Program-made: the position numbers and the translations under genes
Notes under the pieces: generated by a model
Told to the model about the DNA's origin: nothing
The model's database searches: none
The model's input: the letters and a program-made list of their open reading frames with translations, nothing else
In this document: one piece after another, positions 49,331 through 59,380 of the stretch
Position numbering within the stretch: the stretch's first letter is position 1
Layout of the letters: each line of letters begins with the position of its first letter
Assembly (NCBI GenBank): GCA_037135035.1
Contig: JBAXLB010000001.1
Location: 23,102 to 87,101 of the forward strand
From: Candidatus Adlerbacteria bacterium
GTDB lineage: Bacteria; Patescibacteriota; Minisyncoccia; Phycocordibacterales; SBAW01
Direction: 5' to 3'
Length of the DNA: 64,000 nucleotides

Positions 49331-50012
49331 GATCGTCCCTGCCATACTTCCAAAAAGTGTTACTGATTTAGAAATTAACCTAGTGCGTATTGAAAACGCA
49401 GGAGGTACGGTGCAAGTCGACATGGTCGACGGCGTGTATGCAAAAAATAAAACCTGGCCGTACTCTGCGCCAGGCTCGTTTGAAGCGTTTGTGTCGGGTG
49501 ATGAGGGTCTGCCGCACTGGGGGCAGTTCGACTTCCAGTTTGACGTGATGGCAGAACATCCAGAACTTGATGTGGAAAATTTTGTCCGTGCAGGTGCTGC
49601 GGGTATTGTGTTGCACGCAAAAGCTGCGGGTGCACTTGCAGCTATGCATCTGCTACAACAATACCGGGGGACAGAACTGGTGCCGGTTGAGGTCGGCATT
49701 GCACTTATGCCAGGTGCCCCGCTCGACGCCCTCCTGCCTTTTGAGGGGCTTTATGACTTTGTGCAGGTGATGGGTATCGGGCGTGTTGGCTTCCAAGGCC
49801 AAGAGTTTGATGAGCGTTGTTTAAGTTTGGTGCAAACATTGCGCGCAGCACACCCAGAACTTTTTATACAAGTCGACGGAGGTATCACACTAGAACATGT
49901 TCGCGTGCTTACGCAGGCCGGCGCTAACCGACTTGTGGTCGGGCACGATATACTTGAGGCAGATGACCCGCTCGAAGAAATTAGCCGCTTGCGAGGGGAG
50001 TCACGTATATAA
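49323..50012 (+). CDS. rpe: Ribulose-phosphate 3-epimerase (divergent)
   Basis: QVDMVDG, VQVMG..GFQGQ and QVDGGI motifs; operon context. Confidence 0.85.
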   Translation: MIEIVPAILPKSVTDLEINLVRIENAGGTVQVDMVDGVYAKNKTWPYSAPGSFEAFVSGDEGLPHWGQFDFQFDVMAEHPELDVENFVRAGAAGIVLHAKAAGALAAMHLLQQYRGTELVPVEVGIALMPGAPLDALLPFEGLYDFVQVMGIGRVGFQGQEFDERCLSLVQTLRAAHPELFIQVDGGITLEHVRVLTQAGANRLVVGHDILEADDPLEEISRLRGESRI

Positions 50013-50867
50013 ATGTTGACCGAACAAAAAATAAAAGAACTTGAGCTGCGCGCAGAAGCCGTGCGCGAGACAATTGTTGAAATGCTCACGGCTGCAGGTA
50101 GCGGCCACACGGCGGGGCCACTTGGCATGGCCGACATTTTTGCTGCATTGTATTTTTATATTTTAAAACATGACCCGCATAACCCGGGCTGGGAGGAACG
50201 CGACCGACTGATACTTTCAAACGGGCATATTGTGCCGGTGCGCTATGCCGCAATGGCACACGCAGGGTATTTTCCTGTTGCTGAATGTTTAACTCTGCGC
50301 AAATTTGGGAGCCGCCTGCAAGGCCATCCGGAACGTTTGCGGTTGCCGGGCTTGGAAACTACGTCGGGGCCACTCGGCTCGGGGCTTTCGCAAGCAGCAG
50401 GATACGCATATGGCGCACGCATGGACGATAAAAAATTCCGTGTCTACTGTGCAATGTCCGACGGCGAACAAGATGCAGGGAACGTGTGGGAGGCAGCGAT
50501 GTTTGCCGGCAACAACAAGCTTTCAAACCTTACTGCAATAGTGGACCGCAACAATATCCAGATAAACGGTATGACCGAACATGTGATGCCTCTCGAACAT
50601 TTGCGAGCTAAGTACGAAGCATTTAACTGGCACGTGATTGAAGTTGACGGGCATAACATACGCGAGTTTGTCGATGCAACAGAGCAAGCAAAAGCCATTT
50701 ATGAGCGCCCGACGGTAATTATTGCACACACCATACCGGGAAAGGGAATTAAAGAAATTGAATTCGACTACCGTTGGCATGGCAAACCGCCAAGTAAAGA
50801 GGAAGCGCAGAAGTTCCTTGCCGAACTGCGCACACTGAAAGGAAAGATAGCAAGCGAACACGAATAA
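50013..50867 (+). CDS. Transketolase, N-terminal subunit
   Basis: GSGH, DRLILSNGH, LQGHP, SGPLGSG and SDGE motifs. Confidence 0.95.
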   Translation: MLTEQKIKELELRAEAVRETIVEMLTAAGSGHTAGPLGMADIFAALYFYILKHDPHNPGWEERDRLILSNGHIVPVRYAAMAHAGYFPVAECLTLRKFGSRLQGHPERLRLPGLETTSGPLGSGLSQAAGYAYGARMDDKKFRVYCAMSDGEQDAGNVWEAAMFAGNNKLSNLTAIVDRNNIQINGMTEHVMPLEHLRAKYEAFNWHVIEVDGHNIREFVDATEQAKAIYERPTVIIAHTIPGKGIKEIEFDYRWHGKPPSKEEAQKFLAELRTLKGKIASEHE

Positions 50868-50868
50868 T

Positions 50869-51864
50869 ATGTTAAACCCTGCTGCAAAATTAAATACGGA
50901 GACTTTTTCTTCCCAAACCCCTTCTCTCGCGGCTACTCGTGATGGGTTTGGAAAAGGCCTGTTGGAGCTGGGAGAAAAAGACCCGCGCGTCCTCGCACTG
51001 TGCGCCGACTTGGCCGAGTCGACCCGCATGCTTGCCTTCAAAGAAAAATATCCCGAGCGGTACATTGAGCTTGGCGTTGCCGAGCAAAACTTGGCGGCGG
51101 TCGCAAGCGGGTTGGCAAACTACGGGAAAATTCCTTTTATAGCGTCGTACGCTGCCTTTTCCCCTGGTCGCAACAACGAACAAATTCGCACCACAATTTC
51201 CCTAAACAACGTTCCTGTCAAAATTGTAGGTTCGCATGCAGGGCTTTCAGTGGGCCCGGACGGCGCAACCCACCAAGCTCTTGAGGACATTGCACTCATG
51301 CGTGTACAGCCAAACATGACGGTGTTGTCTCCGTGCGACGAGGAAGAAGCTCGCAAGGCAACACTCGCGGCAGCTGCGCATGACGGCCCTGTGTACATCC
51401 GTTTGGCGCGCGAAAAGACACCGGTGATGACCACAGTAGAATCACCATTTGCTATTGGACGCGCAAATTTGCTTTGGCTGGGCGAAAACCCACAAGTCAC
51501 TATATTTGCAACGGGACCGCTCGTGTACCAGGCGCTTCAAGCTGCAAAAGAATTGGAAAGCGAAATTTCAGTTTCTGTAATTAATATACACACTATAAAA
51601 CCGCTCGACACAGCAGCTATCCTCGCCGCTGCAAAAAACTCAGGCGCAGTAGTGACTGTTGAAGAACATCAAATTGCTGGGGGCTTGGGTAGTGCTGTTG
51701 CTGAAGCGCTCGCGCAGGCTTACCCGGTACCAATAGAATTTGTTGGCGTTCGAGACCAGTTTGGACAGTCGGGGGAGCCGGCAGAATTGCTGGCGCACTA
51801 CAAGCTAGACACCCCTGCAATTAAAGAGGCCGTTAAAACTGTTTTTGCACGAAAGCTACAGTAG
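50869..51864 (+). CDS. Transketolase, C-terminal subunit
   Basis: GVAEQN, GPDGATHQ, GPVYIR and EEHQ motifs. Confidence 0.95.
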   Translation: MLNPAAKLNTETFSSQTPSLAATRDGFGKGLLELGEKDPRVLALCADLAESTRMLAFKEKYPERYIELGVAEQNLAAVASGLANYGKIPFIASYAAFSPGRNNEQIRTTISLNNVPVKIVGSHAGLSVGPDGATHQALEDIALMRVQPNMTVLSPCDEEEARKATLAAAAHDGPVYIRLAREKTPVMTTVESPFAIGRANLLWLGENPQVTIFATGPLVYQALQAAKELESEISVSVINIHTIKPLDTAAILAAAKNSGAVVTVEEHQIAGGLGSAVAEALAQAYPVPIEFVGVRDQFGQSGEPAELLAHYKLDTPAIKEAVKTVFARKLQ

Positions 51865-51879
51865 CGCTGAACCACAGAG

Positions 51880-52908
51880 CTACATTTTTTCTAGTTTGTA
51901 TTCGGCTGGTGCGTTTTGTATATACTCTTCTAATTTTTCGCGTGTCAGCAAGCCTTTTTGTGCGCCGACTTCTTGCACGACACACATTGCATTGACCGGG
52001 CCCCAGAGCAATGCTTCCTGTAGTGGCTTTCCGAGTGCAAGTGCTGCAGTAACGCTCGACGCAAAGGCATCTCCTGCGCCCGTACGTTCAAACGGCGGCC
52101 TGGTGTCTGGGTACATTGGTACAAACCAAAACGTGCCGTCTTCTGTACGCGCATACGCGCCTTTTCTGTCGTTGGTGATTACTACAATTTTTGGACCGAG
52201 CGCGTGCAGGCCTTCGAGTAATTTTTTTATATCGTCTGCCTCGCCCGTGGCCGGGCTATGGCCGAGGGTTGCTTCGACTTGTAAAATCCGCTGCGCCTCT
52301 TCTTTGTTGCAGACAAACAAACTGGTTCGCTTATAGATACTTTTTAGAGCTTCCACTCCCAACTTCATCTGGAATGTACCTGGTTGGAAGGCGAGTTTTG
52401 TGTTTGGATTTTTCTCGAGCCATTCGCCCAGTGCCGTGTGGTAGGGAAGCGAATTGTCTGCGAGCGACGAAAGGTATATCCACTTCACTGATGTAGGGAT
52501 TTCCGGTAGGCGATAGTCGTAGTTTTCATGTTTTACCAAAATAGTGCGCTCCGTTTCGTACCACAGCACATAGTGGTAATTGCTGGGGCGGCTAGGGTCC
52601 TTCACCATAAACGTGATGTCCACTTTTTCTGCTTTCAAAACTGCTAAGCAGTCCTCGCCGTACCTATCTTCGCCGGTATATGCACGGAGTGCGGAACTTA
52701 AGCCCAAACGTGCCGCTGCGACTGTAGCATTGGACGCGTTACCCACCGCAGGCATCAATATAAAGTAGTCGTAGGGGATTTTGTCACCCCACTTCATGCA
52801 AATTTCGCATTGTTCGGAGTCTAATTTGCAATGGACGTTCGCTTCTTTCAGCCGGATAAAAGGTTCCGTCACAATATCTCCAATAGCAAAAAAATCGATC
52901 GGCTCCAT
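51880..52908 (-). CDS. PfkB-family carbohydrate kinase
   Basis: GNASN, NKEEA and RTGAGDAF motifs. Confidence 0.9.
   Translation of the reverse strand: MEPIDFFAIGDIVTEPFIRLKEANVHCKLDSEQCEICMKWGDKIPYDYFILMPAVGNASNATVAAARLGLSSALRAYTGEDRYGEDCLAVLKAEKVDITFMVKDPSRPSNYHYVLWYETERTILVKHENYDYRLPEIPTSVKWIYLSSLADNSLPYHTALGEWLEKNPNTKLAFQPGTFQMKLGVEALKSIYKRTSLFVCNKEEAQRILQVEATLGHSPATGEADDIKKLLEGLHALGPKIVVITNDRKGAYARTEDGTFWFVPMYPDTRPPFERTGAGDAFASSVTAALALGKPLQEALLWGPVNAMCVVQEVGAQKGLLTREKLEEYIQNAPAEYKLEKM
52238..52267 (+). repeat. Intragenic palindromic element, copy 2 (antisense within pfkB-family gene)
   Basis: gcctcgcccgtggccgggctatggccgagg, 30 bp, read as TLGHSPATGEA on the minus strand. Confidence 0.75.
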
Positions 52909-52915
52909 ATCAACT

Positions 52916-52925
52916 AGTATATACT
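52916..52925. promoter_or_regulatory. Palindromic bidirectional -10 element
   Basis: AGTATATACT, 6 and 7 nt from the divergent ATGs at 52932 and 52908. Confidence 0.6.
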
Positions 52926-52931
52926 GATTCT

Positions 52932-53789
52932 ATGCAAACATTACGGGAGACAATTCAGGAATATAAAGACAGCAAGAAAGCGCTCGGGCATTTTAATTTT
53001 TCCGACTCAAACCAGCTGGCAGCAATTGCCGCAGCTGCAAAAGAATGTGGGCTGCCGGTTGTTGCAGGACTTTCCGAAGGCGAGCGCGCATTTTTCCCAC
53101 TTGCGCATGCGCGTGCACTGGTTGACCTCTACCAAGCACAGGGAATTCAAATATATGTAAATGCCGACCACACCTACAGTGTGGAAAAAGTGCAGCATGC
53201 CATTGCCGACGGCGCCGACTCGGTTGTTGTTGACGGTGCAAAGCTGCCCTTTGAAGAAAACGAACATTTGCTCGCGACCTGCGTAAAGTACGCACGTGCC
53301 AGCGGACGCGATGTGCTTATGGAAGGCGAACTTGGCTATATTGGTACGTCGTCAAATGTAATGGCTACGCTGCCCGAAGGCGCTGCCATAACAGAAGAGA
53401 TGATGACTAACCCGGACGAGTTAAAACGTTTGGTGGAAGAGACGGGTATAGACTTGGTGGCGCCTGCAGTCGGTAACATTCACGGTATTGTGTTGCAGGG
53501 CCAACCAAAACTTTCTATCACGCGCATTGCTCAACTTAATGCCGCAGCCGGAGTGCCACTTGTATTGCACGGCGGGTCTGGCTCGTCTGACACAGAGTTT
53601 GTGCAAGCAGTGCAGGCTGGGGTTGTGATGATACATATCAACACCGACCTGCGCGTGCTCTACCACGACACTCTAAAAAACACGCTTGATACGGGAACTG
53701 AGACTACCCCCTACAAATTCCTGACCCCCTCAGTCCAAAAAATGCAGGCATACGTCTCCCAGAAAATCCGCCTCTTTGCAGGGCAGTAA
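52932..53789 (+). CDS. fba: Class II fructose-bisphosphate aldolase
   Basis: ADH, EGELG, GNIHG, LVLHGGSG and HINT motifs. Confidence 0.92.
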   Translation: MQTLRETIQEYKDSKKALGHFNFSDSNQLAAIAAAAKECGLPVVAGLSEGERAFFPLAHARALVDLYQAQGIQIYVNADHTYSVEKVQHAIADGADSVVVDGAKLPFEENEHLLATCVKYARASGRDVLMEGELGYIGTSSNVMATLPEGAAITEEMMTNPDELKRLVEETGIDLVAPAVGNIHGIVLQGQPKLSITRIAQLNAAAGVPLVLHGGSGSSDTEFVQAVQAGVVMIHINTDLRVLYHDTLKNTLDTGTETTPYKFLTPSVQKMQAYVSQKIRLFAGQ

Positions 53790-53827
53790 AGGTTGCCTTT
53801 TCTAGTACTTTTGGTATACTCGCTCGC

Positions 53828-54475
53828 ATGCAACTGACGATAGAAAAGCGCGATATAACCAAAAAAGCCAAGGCCCTCCGCGAGGCGGGAGTCTTGCCAG
53901 CGGTCGTCTATGGCCGTAGCGAAGAGTCGACTCCAATTTCGATAAACCGCAAAGACTTCGAAAAGCTTTTTAAAACAGCAGGTTCGTCTACTGTTATTAC
54001 TCTTACCGGTGTGGGCGAAGACAAAGATGCGCTCATCCACGACGTATCGTTCCATGCAGTTTCTGGCGCACCACTGCACGCCGACTTTTACGCAATTGAA
54101 AAAGGTCAGACAGTTACTGTGTCGGTGCCGTTCGAATTTGATGGCGTGTCACCTGCAGTTAAAGAGCTCGGTGGTATTTTGGTTAAGGTTATGCACGAAC
54201 TCGAAATGGAAGTCTTGCCAAAAGACTTGCCGAGCTCAATCCGCGTTGATATTTCAAAGCTTACAGACCTTGATAGCCAGATAAAAATTAAAGATTTAGA
54301 TATTCCTAAAAGCGCAGTAATCAGCGTCGACGTGGAAGAAGTTGTCGCCATGGTGGACACTGCAAAAGAAGAAACTGAAGAAAGTGCACCGATGGACCTT
54401 TCTGCAATTGAAACCAGCGTCGAGCGTGGTAAAAAACCAGAAGACGCGCCCGTCGAAGGAGAATCAGCAGAATAA
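53828..54475 (+). CDS. rplY: 50S ribosomal protein L25/Ctc
   Basis: LREAGVLPAVVYG and HADFY motifs; C-terminal TL5 domain. Confidence 0.95.
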   Translation: MQLTIEKRDITKKAKALREAGVLPAVVYGRSEESTPISINRKDFEKLFKTAGSSTVITLTGVGEDKDALIHDVSFHAVSGAPLHADFYAIEKGQTVTVSVPFEFDGVSPAVKELGGILVKVMHELEMEVLPKDLPSSIRVDISKLTDLDSQIKIKDLDIPKSAVISVDVEEVVAMVDTAKEETEESAPMDLSAIETSVERGKKPEDAPVEGESAE

Positions 54476-54479
54476 CACC

Positions 54480-54511
54480 AACTGTCCCGCGCTCGCGGGG
54501 CAGTTTTGTTT
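54480..54511 (+). terminator. Intrinsic terminator
   Basis: aactgtcccgcg-ct-cgcggggcagtt stem followed by T-rich run. Confidence 0.6.
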
Positions 54512-54574
54512 TATATGGGTCATTCATTTCGTCCCCGGCAGGGAGCTTTTTGGTCTGGTAGAATAGAAGGATAC

Positions 54575-55942
54575 ATGAAGCGACTGCTGTGCTACATAGG
54601 TTTTTTTACTATTGCCGTTCTGTTTGTGTCCGCGGCACATGCACCCGTATTTCAGGTGCCTACCGTACACGCCCAAGACTTAACCCCTGAACAACGCGCC
54701 CAACTCCAAACCGAGTACGACCAGCTACAGGCTGAAATTGCGCAGTGGCAAAAAGTACTCGACGACACAAAGGCAAAAAAGAACACGCTTACCGGCGACG
54801 TTACCTCTTTGACTGCGCAGATAAACAAAGCGCAAGCGCAAATAGACCAGCGCAACATTACGATAAAAACACTCGGTAGTGAGATAACAAAAAAGACCGC
54901 AACAATACAAACGCTCGAACAAAAAATAGAGGCGGGGCACGATTCGTTGTCTAAACTTATTCGTGAAAAGAACGAGGCAGAAAGTACGCCTCTTGCGATG
55001 GTTGCACTTTCTTCAGAAACACTGTCCAGTTTTTTTGATGACGTGCAGTCTATCGACACTATAGACCAGCAGCTCCAAGACCTTTTTAACCAGCTGCGCG
55101 GTGTAAAAACCGAAACACAAAACGAAAAAGACGCCCTCGCAGCTAAGCAAAGTGCACAAGTTGATGCCCGCTACAAAGTGGAGCTGACACAGCAGCAGAT
55201 AAACGCTGACAAGCAGCAAAAAAAGCAGCTCTTGGCTATAACTACTAACCAAGAAACGCAGTATCAAAAAGTACTTGCCGCAAACCAGGCAAAAGCCGCA
55301 GCTATTCGTGCGGCGCTGTTTCCCCTGCGTGACGCGGCCGCTATTGAGTTCGGTGCGGCGCTGCAGTTTGCCCAGGTTGCACAGAAGTCGACCGGCGTCG
55401 ACCCAGCTTTGGTGCTTGCGATACTTACCCAAGAGTCAAACTTAGGCGCAAATGTAGGGCAGTGCTATTTAAAAGACGAAACAACTGGTGCAGGGGTGGG
55501 TAAAAATAGTGGGAAAGCATTTGCAAAAGTTATGAGCCCGACCCGCGATGTGCCGCCGTTTTTGGCGCTCGCAGACAAGCTTGGATTTGACCCACACGGG
55601 CAGGTGGTGTCGTGTCCTATTGCAAGTGCTGGCGGGTGGGGAGGTGCAATGGGTCCTGCGCAATTTATCCCGTCAACCTGGGCGCTGTACGCAAAACGTA
55701 TTGCCGCGGCTGACGGCGTGTCAACCGCAAACCCTTGGAACCCGCAAGACGCTATAACCGCGATGTCTGTGTACCTCGGCGACTTGGGGGCAGACAAGGG
55801 AGGATACACAGCGGAGTCTACTGCGGCTGCCAAATACTACGCTGGAGGAGCCTGGGCAACCGCTGGGAAGACCTATGCAAGCCAAGTTATGTCGCGAGTG
55901 GCCGCGATACAGCAAAATATCGACTTCTTGAACGATCTATAA
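54575..55942 (+). CDS. Coiled-coil plus lytic transglycosylase (SLT_2/MltB-like) protein
   Basis: Signal peptide, long coiled coil, AILTQESNLG, GAMGPAQFIPSTW and DAI motifs. Confidence 0.85.
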   Translation: MKRLLCYIGFFTIAVLFVSAAHAPVFQVPTVHAQDLTPEQRAQLQTEYDQLQAEIAQWQKVLDDTKAKKNTLTGDVTSLTAQINKAQAQIDQRNITIKTLGSEITKKTATIQTLEQKIEAGHDSLSKLIREKNEAESTPLAMVALSSETLSSFFDDVQSIDTIDQQLQDLFNQLRGVKTETQNEKDALAAKQSAQVDARYKVELTQQQINADKQQKKQLLAITTNQETQYQKVLAANQAKAAAIRAALFPLRDAAAIEFGAALQFAQVAQKSTGVDPALVLAILTQESNLGANVGQCYLKDETTGAGVGKNSGKAFAKVMSPTRDVPPFLALADKLGFDPHGQVVSCPIASAGGWGGAMGPAQFIPSTWALYAKRIAAADGVSTANPWNPQDAITAMSVYLGDLGADKGGYTAESTAAAKYYAGGAWATAGKTYASQVMSRVAAIQQNIDFLNDL

Positions 55943-55964
55943 CCCTGTGCTATAGTGTAGGTAT

Positions 55965-56174
55965 ATGAAGACAGAAACGCACCCAACCTATTTTGCTGAG
56001 GCAAAAGTTACCTGCGCATGCGGACGGGCCTTTACTGTGGGCTCAACGCAGGAAAAACTCTCTGTCGAAATTTGCAGCGCATGCCACCCGTTCTATACCG
56101 GTAACGAAAAGATCTTGGATGCCGCAGGTCGCGTAGAAAAATTCAGAGCTCGTCGCGCAGCCGCAAAAAAGTAG
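55965..56174 (+). CDS. rpmE: 50S ribosomal protein L31 (Zn-binding type)
   Basis: [18 protein letters not shown] and GRVEKF motifs. Confidence 0.96.
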   Translation: MKTETHPTYFAEAKVTCACGRAFTVGSTQEKLSVEICSACHPFYTGNEKILDAAGRVEKFRARRAAAKK

Positions 56175-57146
56175 ATGGCTACAGAGGCGGACTTGCTCCT
56201 CTATAAAGAAAACCCAAAGACCGCATATTTTGCTGCGGAGCTCGAACGCTTGGCTGTAGAAGAAAAGGAGCTTAAAGAAATGGCAACGGGCGACTTGGGA
56301 GAACTTGCCAAGGACGACCTTGCACGCATTGAAGAACAAAAAGCAGCCTTGCTCGCGGAGATAGAGAAAATTTTAGATAAAGAAAAACTCGAGGAAGAGT
56401 TCCCCAACGAAGCGATTTTGGAAATCCGCGCAGGCGTAGGTGGGGAAGAGGCTGCATTGTTTGCTGAAGAGCTTTCCCACATGTATCGCGCATATGCCGA
56501 CCAGTGTGGCTGGCAGGTGCGTGTGCTTTCGGAGTCTAAGACCGACCTTGGGGGATATAAAGAAGTTGTGCTTGAAGTAAAAGGCCTCGAAGTATACAAA
56601 CGCCTCCGGTTCGAAACTGGTGTGCACCGCGTCCAACGAATACCTGCAACAGAAAAGTCCGGTCGCGTCCATACGTCGACTGCGTCGGTTGCTATTTTGC
56701 CGATACGCAAAAAACACACTATAGAAATTAACCCTGGCGATATCGAAATGGAATTTTCGCGTGCGGGGGGTGCGGGCGGACAGAACGTCAACAAAGTGGA
56801 AACTGCGGTGCGCATTGTGCACAAACCAACAGGCTTGGAAGCGCGTTCGCAGTCGGAGAGAAACCAGTTGGGTAACCGCGAAAAGGCGATGGCCGTGCTC
56901 TTGGCAAAACTTGAACAGCACGAAGAAGAAAAGGCTCGGGCGAAGCTTTCGGCTGACCGGAAGCTACAAATTGGTACTGGCGACAGGTCGGAAAAAGTGC
57001 GCACCTACAACGTGCTCCAAGACCGTATCACCGACCACCGCATTAAAGAGAGTTGGCACAACTTACCGCTTATTTTTGCCGGTAACATTAACCCCATGCT
57101 CGACGCCCTGGCCGCGGCCCAGACCGGGGTGGAGGCGGTTGCATAA
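56175..57146 (+). CDS. prfA: Peptide chain release factor 1
   Basis: [12 protein letters not shown] (PxT motif), GGQNVNK and RTYN motifs. Confidence 0.95.
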   Translation: MATEADLLLYKENPKTAYFAAELERLAVEEKELKEMATGDLGELAKDDLARIEEQKAALLAEIEKILDKEKLEEEFPNEAILEIRAGVGGEEAALFAEELSHMYRAYADQCGWQVRVLSESKTDLGGYKEVVLEVKGLEVYKRLRFETGVHRVQRIPATEKSGRVHTSTASVAILPIRKKHTIEINPGDIEMEFSRAGGAGGQNVNKVETAVRIVHKPTGLEARSQSERNQLGNREKAMAVLLAKLEQHEEEKARAKLSADRKLQIGTGDRSEKVRTYNVLQDRITDHRIKESWHNLPLIFAGNINPMLDALAAAQTGVEAVA

Positions 57147-57181
57147 CCAGTGTGGCCGTGCTATTCTAGCCCGTATCTTAT

Positions 57182-57916
57182 ATGGAAAAAAACGAATCAG
57201 TTATAGACAAGTTGTTTTCGCTCGGAGCCCATTTTGGCTACGCGCCGTCACGCCGCCACCCGTCTGTTGCACCGTATATTTTCGGTAGCAAAGGAGGTAC
57301 TGAATTGTTTGACCTCGAACGCACATCGGTGTGTTTTACCGACGCGCTCGAATATATAAAAACACTCGCAGCAGCGCGTAAAACGGTACTTTTTGTCGGC
57401 AGCAAAGCTGAGGCTCGCGAAGCCTTGAAGCGCGCCGCAGAACGCTTAAACCAGCCGTACGTTGCGTCACGTTGGATAGGCGGCACACTCACCAACTTTT
57501 CTGAAATCAAAAAGCGCCTTAACCTTTTGACCGAACAAACCGACCAGCGCGAAAAGGGCGAATTGCAGAAGTTTACTAAACACGAACGTTTGCTTATTGA
57601 CCGCAATATCACCGACCTGGAAGCAATGTTTGGAGGCTTGAAGGGCATGAACAAACTCCCCGACGCTTTGTTTATTGTCGACCCACGTCAGGAAAGTGGC
57701 GCAGTTGCAGAGGCGCGCCAACTAAACATCCCAATTGTTTCGTTGCTTAACTCCGACTGCGATAAGAGCCTTATCACATACCCAATTCCTGCAAACGACG
57801 CGTCTCTCCAGGTAGTAGCGTACGTGCTCGACGAAGTTGCAAAAACATACGAAAGCAATATGGGCGCAGTGCCCACCGCAGACTCTCTTGCGGCAGCACC
57901 TGCAGTAGCAGCGTAG
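57182..57916 (+). CDS. rpsB: 30S ribosomal protein S2
   Basis: GAHFG, RWIGGTLTNF and IPAND motifs. Confidence 0.97.
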   Translation: MEKNESVIDKLFSLGAHFGYAPSRRHPSVAPYIFGSKGGTELFDLERTSVCFTDALEYIKTLAAARKTVLFVGSKAEAREALKRAAERLNQPYVASRWIGGTLTNFSEIKKRLNLLTEQTDQREKGELQKFTKHERLLIDRNITDLEAMFGGLKGMNKLPDALFIVDPRQESGAVAEARQLNIPIVSLLNSDCDKSLITYPIPANDASLQVVAYVLDEVAKTYESNMGAVPTADSLAAAPAVAA

Positions 57917-57942
57917 TTCTTTAGCCCTAACATAAAATATAT

Positions 57943-58527
57943 ATGGCAGTCAGTGCAGATGTAGTAAAAGAGCTCCGCGACAAAACAGGCATTTCTGTCA
58001 TGGAATGCAAAAAGGCGCTTGAAGAAGCAGGTGGTGACATGGACAAAGCTATTGTTGTCCTTTCACGCCGCAGTGCAGAAATTGCACGCAAAAAAGGAGA
58101 CCGTTCGTTTGGTGCAGGTACTGTTGCTTCATATATCCACAACACCGGCCAGGTTGGTGCTATGGTTATGCTTTCCTGCGAGACTGACTTTGTCTCAAAG
58201 AACGAAGATTTTATAAAACTCTGCCGCGATATTGCGATGCATGCGGCTGCAACAAAGCCCGAATATATTGCGCGCGAAGACGTGGGCGAAGCTGCGCTTA
58301 AAGAGCTTGAAACAATCTTTTTGCCAGACGTTAAAGACAAGCCAGAAAATTTGCGCGAGCAAATTCTTGCCGGCAAAGTGCAGTCGCGTTTGAAAGAAAT
58401 AGTGCTGCTCGAGCAGTCGTTTATCAAAGACGACAGCAAGACTGTGGCACAGCTCTTGCTCGATGCTGCACAGAAGTTTGGCGAACGTGTCGAGGTAAGC
58501 AAGCTCGGTTGTTTTTCGGTTAAATAG
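57943..58527 (+). CDS. tsf: Elongation factor Ts (short form)
   Basis: VKELRDKTGISVMECKKAL and CETDFV motifs. Confidence 0.97.
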   Translation: MAVSADVVKELRDKTGISVMECKKALEEAGGDMDKAIVVLSRRSAEIARKKGDRSFGAGTVASYIHNTGQVGAMVMLSCETDFVSKNEDFIKLCRDIAMHAAATKPEYIAREDVGEAALKELETIFLPDVKDKPENLREQILAGKVQSRLKEIVLLEQSFIKDDSKTVAQLLLDAAQKFGERVEVSKLGCFSVK

Positions 58528-58545
58528 TACTATATACTGGGTTCT

Positions 58546-58959
58546 ATGGTGCTCTTTTTCACCACAACACTGTTTGTGTCGATAGTCGGGCTCTTGTCGC
58601 TCTTGGCGGTTAAACGCTGGGAGCTAAAGACAGGGAACGTGCTATTCTTGGCACGAGTGCGGCCCACGGTGGGCACCATGGCGCATGTATTTTTGCTCTG
58701 GGTAGAGCGCGTACTCCCGGCGCTTGCGGCGCACCACGGGCAGAGAACAGTTGCTGTAGTGCGTGCGTGGACACACAGGACAATTGCACGCGGGGTGCTT
58801 GCGGCCGAGCGTGGGCTCGAGCATACGCTCGACACAATACGCGGTGCAACCGACCACCCAAAAAGCAGCAAGGAAGCGTCGGCATTTTTACGCGAGGTAG
58901 CCGAGCATAAGCGCAGGTTACTGCGCCGGAAGCCCAGAGAAAAAAAGATTAAAGAATAG
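58546..58959 (+). CDS. Hypothetical single-TM basic protein
   Basis: N-terminal TM; TATACT 7 nt before ATG. Confidence 0.6.
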   Translation: MVLFFTTTLFVSIVGLLSLLAVKRWELKTGNVLFLARVRPTVGTMAHVFLLWVERVLPALAAHHGQRTVAVVRAWTHRTIARGVLAAERGLEHTLDTIRGATDHPKSSKEASAFLREVAEHKRRLLRRKPREKKIKE

Positions 58960-58967
58960 TAGCATGT

Positions 58968-59028
58968 GCCGCCTTAGGGCCGACGTTTCAGTCGGCCTCC
59001 CGACCTCCTACGGAGCGTCGGGACTCAG
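58968..59028 (+). repeat. tRNA-Thr 5' fragment interrupted by a double-hairpin cassette (copy A)
   Basis: GCCGCCTTAG + ggccgacgtttcagtcggcc + tcccgacctcctacggagcgtcggga + CTCAG. Confidence 0.8.
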
Positions 59029-59035
59029 AAAAAAA

Positions 59036-59299
59036 ATGGCTTGGGTATATATACTCAAAACGAAATCAGGGAAGTATTACGTCGGTAGTACTACTGACAT
59101 GGATGAGCGTTTCAAACATCACATGGGAGGGCACACTCCTTCAACAAAAAGTCTGGGTCCGGAAAAAGTATTATTGAAACAGGAATATAAAACGCTCAAA
59201 GAAGCTCGTTTTGTTGAGGGCAAAATCAAAAACCTGAAACGAAGAGATTACATTGAAAAGATACTGAAAGACGGCTATATTAAGATAGCGTTACGGTAA
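59036..59299 (+). CDS. Small stand-alone GIY-YIG nuclease
   Basis: WVYILKTKSGKYYVGSTTDMDERFKHH...EARFVEGKIKNLK. Confidence 0.9.
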   Translation: MAWVYILKTKSGKYYVGSTTDMDERFKHHMGGHTPSTKSLGPEKVLLKQEYKTLKEARFVEGKIKNLKRRDYIEKILKDGYIKIALR

Positions 59300-59305
59300 A
59301 ACAGT

Positions 59306-59367
59306 GCCGCCTTAGTCCCGACGAGCAAGTGCTGTCGGGACCCCGACTGAAACGTCGGGGCTCAGTT
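59306..59367 (+). repeat. tRNA-Thr 5' fragment interrupted by an inverted double-hairpin cassette (copy B)
   Basis: GCCGCCTTAG + tcccgacgagcaagtgctgtcggga + ccccgactgaaacgtcgggg + CTCAGTT. Confidence 0.8.
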
Positions 59368-59380
59368 ATAATAACAATTC

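Noticed and set aside
58964-59035. N-terminal extension of the GIY-YIG ORF
   Set aside because: It is translated hairpin/tRNA-fragment sequence; the domain begins at ATG 59036
58968-59367. Intron-containing or split tRNA genes
   Set aside because: The fragments stop after tRNA nt 15-17 with no matching 3' halves, and an intact tRNA-Thr follows
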